IMG/VR virus record: IMGVR_UViG_3300025862_000007
Span: 1-43,722 of that record
DNA: 43,722 nucleotides
From: a virus
Taxonomy: Duplodnaviria; Caudoviricetes
Reading direction: 5' to 3' (one strand)
Shown piece after piece: positions 15,601 to 23,138 of the stretch. A program made the position numbers and the translations under genes. The notes below the pieces were generated by a model, which worked only from the letters and a program-made list of their open reading frames with translations, made no database searches and was not told the DNA's origin. Every line of letters begins with the position of its first letter. Positions within the stretch are counted from its first letter, which is position 1.

Positions 15601-16454
15601 TTCTCGTCGCCACGGGCTAAAGCATCAATGAATTTCGGGGATTCTTGCGCTGTCTGGGAAATAATTTGAAGACTGAAGCCCGCAGTCAATGCCTTGCCGA
15701 TTAGTTTTGGCGCTGGACCCGGCAAATTGCCTAGCATACCAGAACCAACCATAATGGCTAAATTCTCAGGAGACGACAAACCACCAGCCATTTCGAGACC
15801 CGCGTGAAGACGTGGATTATTTTCCTTTTCTTCCGGGGTCATGCCTTGCTCTGGACGCACGAGCGGAATCGAGCCGGCTTGATGGATTTCCTGCGCAGCC
15901 GCGATCGGGCTCATCTTACTTAGCTCGACATTTCTGGAATTCTTGAGTGCATCCGGGTCGATAACCATCCCGGGCCCGGTGATTGTCTTGGCAAGACGCT
16001 GACCGATAGTCGGGTTGGCATTCAACTGGTCTGGAGTCCAGCCGGAAGAATCGATCTTCCCGCCGGCCTTCAGCGCGTCGTGCAGCCTTCCTGCAGGTAC
16101 GATACCATGGGTTCCGTCTGGCGCCAATACTGGAACGCCGATGGATCCGCCTGCCGCGATAGCGTCGTGGACTTTCTCTGACGGGATATCGCCCGGAGTC
16201 CCGTCCGGCGCGAACATCGGGACGGTCGGGGTCGGGGATACAATCGGTGGCGGCAACTTGATTTTCTTCGGATTGGTAGTCGTCTGGACGTCTTTCGGAC
16301 CCGGCGTCGGCGCAGTCGGGCCTTGCGCGACGTCAGACGAGATATCAATCGTGCCGGCTGGCGCGGGTGTCGGGTTCGGTGCGTTATTAACTCCGCCCGG
16401 GTTCAGGTCATCCGGAGTCAGGTTAATTGTTCCGTCTGTCGGGTTCTGGGCCAT
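9624..16454 (-). CDS. large polyvalent internal virion / DNA-ejection protein (2276 aa) with M41-like peptidase, ART-like, HD-zincin-like and DNA-glycosylase-like domains
   Basis: Third and largest gene of the ejection-type trio after the tail genes; motifs HEWGH..GGAAANE..SD, HYS..GVY..GFDGY, FRGVHDVLGH..ETKGQ, WY..SPQ..N..KVRSFYNN..D..QSVVW. Confidence 0.8.
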   Translation of the reverse strand: MAQNPTDGTINLTPDDLNPGGVNNAPNPTPAPAGTIDISSDVAQGPTAPTPGPKDVQTTTNPKKIKLPPPIVSPTPTVPMFAPDGTPGDIPSEKVHDAIAAGGSIGVPVLAPDGTHGIVPAGRLHDALKAGGKIDSSGWTPDQLNANPTIGQRLAKTITGPGMVIDPDALKNSRNVELSKMSPIAAAQEIHQAGSIPLVRPEQGMTPEEKENNPRLHAGLEMAGGLSSPENLAIMVGSGMLGNLPGPAPKLIGKALTAGFSLQIISQTAQESPKFIDALARGDENEAQYELTKMMLGLAMGEQGIEHLGTNEETGEKAFNPNLGTTAGTSIDALTHAAGEYGGKALDAAGNIPGAGLVKGAAKLAKGVVAQPYNAMTEGPEAKITRAAGGSAGVQERDFQENIPRALKYIVDENKTNPIKTPEDMAEAAHTQKTKLWDEQLAKPHPGETIDGDAIAQKLKDSVNPATRKHDAALAAQIDKWADTFKGPYDLDSAMGAITKFNSDLRNFYKQSPSDQFRMAQADPKLGMLQDAADTLRDAAFAKLSELGEKNIPELRKDYGALNQMQRIFEKRAVVYGRQAPIDLKESLGAIAAFASGHPMAAVVPQLTKYLNSPKYLIQSAIEKAGKAAEAPKSANAQVEQPNRPVNEIRPPGVEAKTPPAKPVAGTSPTGTTATPTEAGKPAQKAPVNPTEATEAPAPGSAIDLETGKAPTEGVRSDFKPYDPENPEGYEKPMPIPAENMPKGMFQRDAHIHEWGHVANAAIEGFGTEGIKSHLNDTLSAKNRPAAAARINFGDTGIKVVDGKIDPETLRENFGKMLATTMGGAAANELHSGIPFEMNQGLHSDVRVIHEMGKSLGLTTEETQGAIQYALDRAKRNLQIPGVGDTLVQNAGVRESGLSETMHASPERTEAFAAEMRRLRDDHYQQQKSGSAGSPTELHDARIAGNDAQIREGNDAGTKGSNEGAGPAGDLETGRAGLKETTTGDDKADEAIRSAGAIPAGKMMNLAMFHDPETGSTLALDHREVTPELVQKHLNESREKFAVKTPEKQAFKGSHYSSVPAEDGQIRGESRGKSKAGSEQARLEHDNRVPGVYAYREGARPEPQIATRANKYGIEGDKAIADISGSEKKLFEDAHAAAVEKYKAAGDNDTVASQKALNDAEAALQKAGFDGYEDKKSKSGSVFLFGDQPVKSGIDLATGKSDEDKGPNLDEFHQAKGLPAPEPTNIPVDKAEGAKIADAYDAMKHDPNDPAVKASYDALKRDTLEQWKALQKQGVKMTVTDDPNHYNDAQEMLRDIHDNKHIAVWSGEGDMPKDHPLREIEPSTGLPYNTLFRGVHDVLGHGVGQNDFSEQGEENAYNLHRQSYSPEAIPALATETKGQANWVFNNKALRESGGEPGEFPTQKAALLPEEFHGADPWAHKAAEQNKDGGFTIDPRNGDVPTKGYQVEATPEGRVDLDHPATPADIQKFYNENREIFAEHPELKVGGYGKELNVSASTDSRANAEALGKKLDQISIWDVKNGKEIPTGGTGKTTSFPDYPLAQRMADLRAKPGIDLETGQTAEAEPETGDTSFNFGANAAELENSKEGSKPDLSSTPDREARPVPYTYDQYFRNSTAPSLILPNGLITPSKFAHSYLAHNAGYIADSGMSNESAISKMLADTGAIRVIHPGPNDGGSIGLQIHRQPSQGQLEILAHDLKVAAKSDVGDGNLVWDLFDNKGKSVSGQGSLGDFRRDIDKFYPDKTVSRPVSNVAGPQQLSAPYDPETSQRVSTRFPTAVNRTEDPMNHDLTLEADKILERPKVAQGLADKLVKQNKSMVFTPEEVAQGPKGIFDSFVRQAKDNIKATYYRAKAAGNHIADRVWYDGAHAFTKTDAEANGISHAQAAGVLATQSPQKDWDANVSLYKRIVDVMKNKGDVEMTPEMEKKGAEFIKQINASNRAKAAKGQKITQPWVERKLLNTFKGKTFNEIGSPAAKAAWLRLYDEAHNDRGFDELNADGTVVGPRRTLDGTPEKVAWGGLDSIAKAINIMQDGSLENISQNLGDAHKVRSFYNNIMEPNSPHADVTSDTHHVGLSLGRPVAGSDPEPATNFGGNGSSITGVRGSYPLYVEATRQAMAEINAENPDEPPINYPRELQSVVWVEWRKMFPPETRTAGTKARVDSIWKEHLDGQITADEARTKISDYAQKLRSGVDEGEPDTADEGELPAHQLHGSGDPGRSGSGTPGGAEVQTRSSGSRSLKAPSEKPVKAADAKRAEGFREMMRQNAGTQAGQSALGEK
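9743..9955 (-). CDS. overprinted small gene (70 aa, ..EWMKENQIPLTKENYLHINY..ELPAEL) nested in the +1 frame of the 2276-aa gene
   Basis: SD AAGGAG (9968-9963) 7 nt before ATG; globular-protein-like composition, while the host frame here is a low-complexity G/S/D/E linker. Confidence 0.75.
   Translation of the reverse strand: MDKSQPTKPEQKSPITPRNYVLEWMKENQIPLTKENYLHINYMGQEIPDGADQELPAELKYKPDQADREA
11781..14348 (-). repeat. four dispersed copies of the linker motif (I/G)DL(E/A)TG in the 2276-aa protein
   Basis: IDLETG 14331-14348, GDLETG 13533-13550, IDLATG 12858-12875, IDLETG 11781-11798. Confidence 0.8.
13520..13693 (-). CDS. overprinted small gene (57 aa) nested in the +1 frame of the 2276-aa gene
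   Basis: Hand-translated MTTINNKSQAQPEAQQSFTTHELLEMMHKSVKAMTPEQKAAMKAQVLQEISKPAGQA; SD GAGGAG (13707-13702) 8 nt before ATG; amphipathic helical composition with no Arg. Confidence 0.7.
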   Translation of the reverse strand: MTTINNKSQAQPEAQQSFTTHELLEMMHKSVKAMTPEQKAAMKAQVLQEISKPAGQA

Positions 16455-18556
16455 TACTGATTACCTCTCGCCTTGCCGCCGAGAGCGCCGAAGAATCCAG
16501 TGCCGTCTTGCGGAATCGGGGCCGCGTTAGGCTGGAGTGGCGCCGTTGGCGAAGCCGGAGCGGCCGGTGCTCCGCCGCCTTGCTGAGCCTGTTGACCGTT
16601 CGGTTGCTGACGCTGGCCGCCGAAGTCCTCCGGCGAGGCCTGCCATTTCCGAGTCTGGGCAGCCTGAGCCGCCTTATTTGGGTCGCCGCCCGCCATCGTG
16701 AGATACATACTGGCGGTCACGGGGTCTATCGGGGTATTGTTACCACGAGGAAGTATATCAGTATAACCGAGGACGCGCAACTGTTCTTTCGCGGCATCGA
16801 TATAAGCCTGCCGATAGACGTCCAGCGCGACCTTGCCGTACTTCTGCATCTGGTCTGGCGTGACTATCGCGCCTGTCGTCAAACCTTGGAGTTTAGCCTT
16901 CAGACTTTCGATGACTCCACGGCCTTGGACATGTTCGTCGATGACGTTGTTGTTAATCCTGAAGCCTTTGCCGGCCAGAGGTGTTGCGGAGATACCGATA
17001 GCCGCGAACAAACCTGCAAGAGCTTCCGGAGCGGTCAAGGTATCACCTTTATCAATCTGACCAAGAACGTTCTGGAACTGTTCGTAGCTTCCGGAAAGGT
17101 TCTGGAGCGTCTTCGCCTGTGTGCTCGAACTGAACTGGTCGTAACGCTTGTTGAATTCCTTCGTATCAAGGTTCGACTTGTTGCCAAAGGCGTCGACGTG
17201 GTTTGATAGATCGGCGTCGCGCTTGTCTGATTCCTTCCGGGCGTTTTCTAACTCTACCGCTTGGTCGTGGCGGACCTTTTCTGCGTCGGCCTTCACCTTT
17301 TCCGCATCCTCGGCTTCTTTATTCACTATCGCGTCGAATGCTTTCCCGCCGCCGTAATAAGAAATAAGGTCGCTCGCAGCCTGTCGGTCTGTATGCGCTA
17401 GATAATCGAACATCCCCTGCAGATTGTTTACTGACTGCGACCTAGCCTTGATGTAATCAGGGTTATCCTTCAACCTCGACCAAGCGCCGTCCGCATCAGC
17501 CTGCTGTTGGGCGTTAAGTTTCTTGACATTGATGTCCGCCAATTCTTCGTCGCGTTGGGCTTCAGAAACCTTAGACATCTCGACCGACTTGAGCAAATTC
17601 AATGCCTGCGGACCCGGCAATTTAAGCGTGTCCGGCTTTTCAGGATTATACCCTAAATCGTATCCAAGATATTTTTTAATGTCGGACGCTTGATCGGGAG
17701 TTAAAACCTGTTCTTGCGGGATGCTGACAATCGAGTACGTCTTCTGCTTCACAGGCTGACCATTCGCATCCTTCTGGCCGGGGACATCAAAACTACCCGT
17801 CGCCATCCACGTTTCTTTCGTTGGGTCCCATGATGCGTCATTGATGGCTTTTGTTAACTTGGCTTCCGGGATGTCTGAGGCAATAATCCTTCCGGGCTGA
17901 AGATGATACTTCGCCAAGCCGGTCGTCATCGATTCAAGCATAGCCTTGCCTCTCACGATATCCTGCTCGTTAGCCTCGTCGCTCATCTGGTGCAGCAAGG
18001 CCTGACTATGCATCGTCTGGACATTCGAGGCCGCTACCGCAGCGGCGTCTTTCTGTTGCTGGGATTGGACGAGTTGGGCTTGCTGCTTCCGGGCGGTCTC
18101 GGCATTATGGATACGTCCTACCGCACCCGCGACTCCGCCGTAATTCGGGCCTTCTGCCGCGGCTGTGGCCGCATCCCCTAACGAATCTTGGACAGAGCCT
18201 AGCGCATGCTGGGCACCCGCGATTAGCGATCTCGCCCAAGCGCCGGGCTGAGCCTTCTGTGCGGGCGTTTGCGCCGCCGCCGCGACATTAGCGCCTTGAT
18301 TTATTTTCTGGTTAGTCAACGACAACGGGACGCCATTCGCGGGCTTCGCCAACGCGTTTTGCAAAGCGTTTCCGACACTTCCCGGCGGGGGCGCAGGGGA
18401 CGCCAAGCCTGCCGGAGTCGTAGGCGCTGCGAGGCCATTAATGGGTTGCGTTGGGTTAGGAACCGGTGGCGCTGTCGCAGTAGCCGGTTGCAGAGACGCC
18501 GCGGCTGTTTGAAGGTCAGGCGGAAGTTGTGAAAGATTCTCGAAATTGATGCCCAT
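16454..18556 (-). CDS. putative internal virion / ejection protein (700 aa)
   Basis: Middle gene of the trio; A/Q/P-rich and helical; TAATG coupling. Confidence 0.65.
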   Translation of the reverse strand: MGINFENLSQLPPDLQTAAASLQPATATAPPVPNPTQPINGLAAPTTPAGLASPAPPPGSVGNALQNALAKPANGVPLSLTNQKINQGANVAAAAQTPAQKAQPGAWARSLIAGAQHALGSVQDSLGDAATAAAEGPNYGGVAGAVGRIHNAETARKQQAQLVQSQQQKDAAAVAASNVQTMHSQALLHQMSDEANEQDIVRGKAMLESMTTGLAKYHLQPGRIIASDIPEAKLTKAINDASWDPTKETWMATGSFDVPGQKDANGQPVKQKTYSIVSIPQEQVLTPDQASDIKKYLGYDLGYNPEKPDTLKLPGPQALNLLKSVEMSKVSEAQRDEELADINVKKLNAQQQADADGAWSRLKDNPDYIKARSQSVNNLQGMFDYLAHTDRQAASDLISYYGGGKAFDAIVNKEAEDAEKVKADAEKVRHDQAVELENARKESDKRDADLSNHVDAFGNKSNLDTKEFNKRYDQFSSSTQAKTLQNLSGSYEQFQNVLGQIDKGDTLTAPEALAGLFAAIGISATPLAGKGFRINNNVIDEHVQGRGVIESLKAKLQGLTTGAIVTPDQMQKYGKVALDVYRQAYIDAAKEQLRVLGYTDILPRGNNTPIDPVTASMYLTMAGGDPNKAAQAAQTRKWQASPEDFGGQRQQPNGQQAQQGGGAPAAPASPTAPLQPNAAPIPQDGTGFFGALGGKARGNQ

Positions 18557-18564
18557 GTTTCTCC

Positions 18565-19302
18565 TTAGTTATTACCGGCAAGCGACTGAAATCCACCTGA
18601 AAAGAAATTGCCGAGTTGTTCGCCGCCCGTCGAGTTACCGTTCGGTCCGCTTGCTAGATTTCCGATACCACCGGTAATGAAACCCGCCCCCGTCTTCAAT
18701 AGATTTTCCGCCAAACCGATAGGAGCAAACGCTGCCGCTTGCTTTTCTTGCTGAATCTGGTTGGCGTCTTGCAAGGCTAGTTGTCCGCCTTTTTGTGCCA
18801 TATCGCCGAACTGGCTGGGGTCCTCGGCTGTCGCTAAGGATTTTTCTCCAGCGGTTGCGTTCCAGAAGTTCGCGTTGCCTTGCTGGGCGTTGGCTTCCGT
18901 GGCCTGTAACTGACTAGACGATAACTGGTTTTCCGCCGCGCTCGCCTCGCTTCCGCGAATCTGCGCCTCGATTCCACTCGTCAACCCAGACCCGGCGCCG
19001 CCACCGCCACGACCGGCCAACACTGAGCCGGTAGCCTGTGCGGCATTTCTGGCAGCAGCTCCTGCAGCATTGATGTTCTGGGTGCTGACCGCCGATGCCA
19101 GCTGTGGTGACCAACCCATCTGGCTGGGACCGAGCGCAGCAATCGGGTTCAACTGGCCTTGCAGCGCGTTGAATTCCTGACTCTGCTGACCAAACCTCTG
19201 CCCATAGTTGGATGCGAAGGTTTGGGCTAGCGTTGCCTGCGAGTTAGACAGGTCCTTTTGCTGCTGAGTAGGACCTCCGAAAAGATCCGAGAAAAAACCC
19301 AT
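18565..19302 (-). CDS. putative DNA pilot / small ejection protein (245 aa)
   Basis: MGFFSDLFGG start and G/A/Q-rich composition typical of podovirus pilot proteins; gene position. Confidence 0.65.
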   Translation of the reverse strand: MGFFSDLFGGPTQQQKDLSNSQATLAQTFASNYGQRFGQQSQEFNALQGQLNPIAALGPSQMGWSPQLASAVSTQNINAAGAAARNAAQATGSVLAGRGGGGAGSGLTSGIEAQIRGSEASAAENQLSSSQLQATEANAQQGNANFWNATAGEKSLATAEDPSQFGDMAQKGGQLALQDANQIQQEKQAAAFAPIGLAENLLKTGAGFITGGIGNLASGPNGNSTGGEQLGNFFSGGFQSLAGNN

Positions 19303-19311
19303 ATAGGCTCC

Positions 19312-19440
19312 TTACTGCTCGTCTGCTGGTTTCGGCTGTGAAGCCGCAATCTGGGCTTCAAGTTGAGCAATCTTTTCGTTCGCGACCGTCAGCTGGATGT
19401 GCAACTTGGCGTACTCGATTAAAATCTTTTCGATTGGCAT
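19312..19440 (-). CDS. small coiled-coil protein (42 aa), possibly a fibre-associated chaperone
   Basis: MPIEKILIEYAKLHIQL...; SD AGGAG. Confidence 0.6.
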   Translation of the reverse strand: MPIEKILIEYAKLHIQLTVANEKIAQLEAQIAASQPKPADEQ

Positions 19441-19469
19441 ACTATCTCCTATTTTTATTGATTTTACGT

Positions 19470-20210
19470 CTATGGTCCAACACAGAATGCCCCGACTTGC
19501 GGGACAAAACTGGCGGAAGCGCCGCAACCGCTATACCCCGGTGATGCGCTGCCTGCTGTTGTTCCGGTCAGGGCGCCGGTGTTGCTGTTACCCGATGAAT
19601 CAGGTTCAGGACTCGTGATGCCGCAAAGGTGCAGGTAAGCTACAAGATTCGCCGCGGCGCTCCCGGCATTCGGATTTCCGGAAGTGTCTGCCGCGATAGC
19701 AGCGATTTGTAGCGAAGTCAAAGCGGTGTTGTAGAGTCTGGCTTCCGATATGCTACCAGTGAAAAAATCCCCACCCTCGTCCGTACCAATATAAGCGGTA
19801 GCGCCTGATAAAGATTCGAAACTCGCGCCGCCTTGTGTCTGACTGAAGTAAGTATCTTCCACGCCATTGACGTATAAATGTACAAACTGGTCCGTAGCCT
19901 GATCGTACGTCAGGGCTACGTGTGTCCACGTACTAAGCGTGATTGCCGTAGTCCCGGTACTGGAAGCGTTCGGGGAATTGACGGCCACACTGCCAGACAA
20001 CGCGCCGTTACCGCCGGCGTTTACCAAAAGATAGACATCAATCGGTACAGCGATCGTGCTGAGTGTAAAGACGACATCCGAATTGCCGCCTATGTCTGTC
20101 AGATAAATCCATGCGCAGAGCGATAGTCCCGGACCCATCGATGAGATGGATGCGCTGGGATTTAATGTAATAAGATCTGACGTTCCGTTGAATATTCGTG
20201 ATCCAGCCAT
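19470..20210 (-). CDS. LamG / concanavalin A-like lectin domain protein
   Basis: LSLCAWI, WTHVALTYD, LYVNG, FTGSISEARLYNTALT, and LVAYL..DSSGNSNTG LamG signatures. Confidence 0.88.
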   Translation of the reverse strand: MAGSRIFNGTSDLITLNPSASISSMGPGLSLCAWIYLTDIGGNSDVVFTLSTIAVPIDVYLLVNAGGNGALSGSVAVNSPNASSTGTTAITLSTWTHVALTYDQATDQFVHLYVNGVEDTYFSQTQGGASFESLSGATAYIGTDEGGDFFTGSISEARLYNTALTSLQIAAIAADTSGNPNAGSAAANLVAYLHLCGITSPEPDSSGNSNTGALTGTTAGSASPGYSGCGASASFVPQVGAFCVGP

Positions 20211-21377
20211 TTATCTCACCACTCTCCAATTCAAAGTAATCGCGCCGGGAGTTATTGACGATCCTGTGTTGTTCACGACGATGAAATTCACGCCACCGGC
20301 GGTCGGGAACTTAATAATCGTCAGCATTCCGCTGGCACTCGGCGCGTATCCGGTCACTGCTGTCGGATCGGCATTGAAGTCCGCCATCAAGGTGTCGGTA
20401 GTCAAGACTCCGCTCGCAGACACCGTGACAGTCGTGGCTGCCGCGCCTGACGCGATTAACGTCGTTCCTAGCGTGGCAGTTCCTGATGCTATCGTCTGGG
20501 CCACTACCGCACTGCCGGAAGCCGCGGGTGTTGTTAATCCATTAAAAGAAGCCGCAGTAATACCGATGTCTGCGCTGTCATCTGCGGTACGGAAATGTAA
20601 AATCGTGCTACCCGATCTCGCAAAAATCGCGGGTCTACTTGCAGGCGCTATGGCTCTAGAAAATGATATAGAACCATCGCCTAGGGTAGAATTACCGTTC
20701 GCTATATCAATGTTACCCGGAACCCCGCCAGTTATATTTGTAGAGGTTCCAAATGCTATTTCCGAGTTATTTGGTAGATATAAGAAAGTCCCTACTGCCA
20801 AACTTCCTACGATGTTTACAGCCGTTTGTTCTGAACCTGTTCCGGAAGGAGTAATAAAAAGAGTAGCGGCATTAGTACCCCCGATAGTTGAAACACCTGC
20901 TTGGATAGTCCACGTAGTTGCAGTCGACGGTCCAGTCCCAGCGGCCCATCGATTATACATGAACTCCAAAGCAGGAGACACTGGCGATACTATTGCTGTC
21001 GCGGCAGCCGAATTTATGAAACTAAGAACCTTACCTACGTTATCCCATGTGAAGGTAGGGTCACCACCAAACACGCCGCTGTTATTAAACTGGACATCTG
21101 TGTTAGAACCGCCGGGCGCTGATGTGGAATTAATCGTAAGCGTATTACCGGACGGAACTAGTGTTACATTTGTCCCGGCTGCTAGCGTTACCGCACCGGT
21201 CAAAGAATTTAAAGAAGTAACGCCGGTGTTAGCAAAAGTCCCTTGCAGATTTCCTAGATAATCAATCCACGCGAACACGGTACCGCCGCGGTTCGACGCC
21301 AACTGCAAAAAGTCGTCTTGCGCATTCCGGCCGTTGATGAATGTCCCGATGATTGCTTCTTTTGTAGGTGCGCTCAT
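20211..21377 (-). CDS. tail fibre / virion structural protein
   Basis: GVTSLNSLTGAVTL and PGGSNTDVQFNNSGVFGG fibre motifs; G/T/S-rich. Confidence 0.7.
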   Translation of the reverse strand: MSAPTKEAIIGTFINGRNAQDDFLQLASNRGGTVFAWIDYLGNLQGTFANTGVTSLNSLTGAVTLAAGTNVTLVPSGNTLTINSTSAPGGSNTDVQFNNSGVFGGDPTFTWDNVGKVLSFINSAAATAIVSPVSPALEFMYNRWAAGTGPSTATTWTIQAGVSTIGGTNAATLFITPSGTGSEQTAVNIVGSLAVGTFLYLPNNSEIAFGTSTNITGGVPGNIDIANGNSTLGDGSISFSRAIAPASRPAIFARSGSTILHFRTADDSADIGITAASFNGLTTPAASGSAVVAQTIASGTATLGTTLIASGAAATTVTVSASGVLTTDTLMADFNADPTAVTGYAPSASGMLTIIKFPTAGGVNFIVVNNTGSSITPGAITLNWRVVR

Positions 21378-21384
21378 AATCCTC

Positions 21385-22491
21385 TTACTGGACTAATCCA
21401 ATCCAGTATTTAGTTCCTGCGATATCGATCTCGAGATAATTCACGATAGTCTGTGGCGCCACGGGACCGCTTCCGGTGCCTAACGTTGTCGTCGTAACCG
21501 GTGTAGCGGGTATCCCGTTACCAAATCCTGTAGTCGTTCCTAAACCAACCTGACCGGCTATTGTCGTTGGTGTCGCGCCAGTCAAAATAACTATCGGGGT
21601 GGTTATCCCGGTAACGAATGTCGGAGACGTCGCTAAAACAACCGCGCCTGAACCGGTCACGCCGTTAGACAAATCTGAAGCAGCGGGCTGGGTCTGTGTG
21701 AACAAGCCCGTAACCGCGTTATACGAATTTAACCATTCATGCGTGGCGGCCGTGATGGTCTGGGGGAGTTGCGGCGTTCCAGATATATCTGAATACGCTA
21801 ACTGTCCGACAGTAAAGGCTCCGCCTACCGTAGCCTGCTGGACTACTTGGTGCGCCCCGCCAGTCGCGGAAAGATTTGCTCCGGTTCCGCCGTAAGTCAC
21901 GCCGACAATCCCGGCTAGAACATCCGTGCCGGATAAAACTGCGCTGACGAAATCCGTCCCGTTACCACGGAGATAATGTCCAGCCGTTGCGGCTCCGGCA
22001 ATCTGGAAACCGGTCGTGGCGTTAAACACCGCGGCCGTGATGTTTCCTGAAAGGATCAACGACCCCGAAACGTTGACGCTCCCGGTGATCGTCACGATGT
22101 TGCTTGCGTTGTTGAATGTCAGAACGCTGCTGCCGGACAAAGCACCACCGTTGTTGAACTGAATGGCGCCGTTCGGCCCGCCTGCCACGGCGTTCACGGA
22201 GTTATTAATCGTCGTGGTTGACCCGCTCTGGACTGCCGCGCCGACCGACGGCTGGCCGGACGCCGCTAACGGGACGAGAGGCAGCTTAGCGATGTTGTAG
22301 GTCCCGAGTTGGGTATTGACGAAATTTACGTCGTGTTGCAGAGTCGGGGAAATCGGACCGGAGAAGAAATTAGCCATCGGGTTCGGACTACCAACAGCAG
22401 CCGCTGGGTTGATGGGCGCAGAGTCGATAGGACGCCAAGATTCCGGTAATCCGGCCTCTTCAGCCAGCGTTGGTTCCTTCTTCTCTTCCAT
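21385..22491 (-). CDS. tail fibre-like structural protein
   Basis: GGPNGAIQFNNGG, V.YGGTGA and TGSGAVVLATSPT fibre repeats. Confidence 0.7.
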   Translation of the reverse strand: MEEKKEPTLAEEAGLPESWRPIDSAPINPAAAVGSPNPMANFFSGPISPTLQHDVNFVNTQLGTYNIAKLPLVPLAASGQPSVGAAVQSGSTTTINNSVNAVAGGPNGAIQFNNGGALSGSSVLTFNNASNIVTITGSVNVSGSLILSGNITAAVFNATTGFQIAGAATAGHYLRGNGTDFVSAVLSGTDVLAGIVGVTYGGTGANLSATGGAHQVVQQATVGGAFTVGQLAYSDISGTPQLPQTITAATHEWLNSYNAVTGLFTQTQPAASDLSNGVTGSGAVVLATSPTFVTGITTPIVILTGATPTTIAGQVGLGTTTGFGNGIPATPVTTTTLGTGSGPVAPQTIVNYLEIDIAGTKYWIGLVQ

Positions 22492-23098
22492 TCAATTTAG
22501 CCTGTTGTGCTTTACGTTTTGCCCAACCCCATTTCATTCCATCAATTCTTCTCTTTCTTTGAAGTGGAGTATAGTTATCCCATGCCGATTTCTGGGCTTT
22601 CGCTATCCCCTCTTTATGCGGAGCAGAAAACTTTTTTCCTAAATTGCCTTTATTTCCTATTGCTGAAAGAGCCTTCTTTTTTCTAGTTTCTAAAGAGTCT
22701 TTTTTACCAAATTTCGGGTGATTAACCCCTAAATTAATTTCGCTCAATTTTCTTTTCGTATCGCCTGATAGTTTTCTGCCCTTTTTCCAACCGGGACCAC
22801 CGTCTCCGCCCTTCGTGATGTTGTATCCGCTGTTTCTAGAGTCAAATTTCTTTATATAAAACATTTCAGCTTTATTTAAAGCTTTGTTTGATTTAAAGCC
22901 TCGGGCTAAAATTTCTATCTCCCAGAATTTTAAATCATGCTTCTTAAAAGCCAAATAGAGTTTAGGGCAACCTTTATCTCCAGACCTTCTGATAAGATTA
23001 ACTCGTCTAGGGTATAGTGTATCTTTACCGATATACCCTACTCGGCCTCGAGAACTTCTGTTATGCCATAATCTGTAAACAACCCTATTGGTTTTCAT
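22460..23098 (-). CDS. GIY-YIG homing endonuclease with NUMOD3-like repeats
   Basis: VVYRL..GYIG..R, catalytic E (AEMFYI), GYNITKGGDG, and K-rich repeats (LSGDTKRKLS, SLETRKK); AT-rich free-standing insert. Start at ATG23098 or GTG23104. Confidence 0.88.
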   Translation of the reverse strand: MKTNRVVYRLWHNRSSRGRVGYIGKDTLYPRRVNLIRRSGDKGCPKLYLAFKKHDLKFWEIEILARGFKSNKALNKAEMFYIKKFDSRNSGYNITKGGDGGPGWKKGRKLSGDTKRKLSEINLGVNHPKFGKKDSLETRKKKALSAIGNKGNLGKKFSAPHKEGIAKAQKSAWDNYTPLQRKRRIDGMKWGWAKRKAQQAKLNGREEGTNAG

Positions 23099-23106
23099 AT
23101 ACACTC

Positions 23107-23135
23107 ATTATAACACGTAAACACGATAAAGTCAA
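23107..23135 (-). promoter_or_regulatory. sigma70-type promoter TTGACT-N17-TATAAT (extended -10) of the GIY-YIG gene; near-leaderless
   Basis: On the - strand: TTGACT 23135-23130, TGT then TATAAT 23112-23107; ATG follows after an 8-nt gap. Confidence 0.8.
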
Positions 23136-23138
23136 GCA

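Noticed and set aside
20146-21261. 371-aa plus-strand ORF and the many other plus-strand ORFs across 8500-43300
   Set aside because: Antisense mirrors of structural genes; no SD or recognisable motifs.
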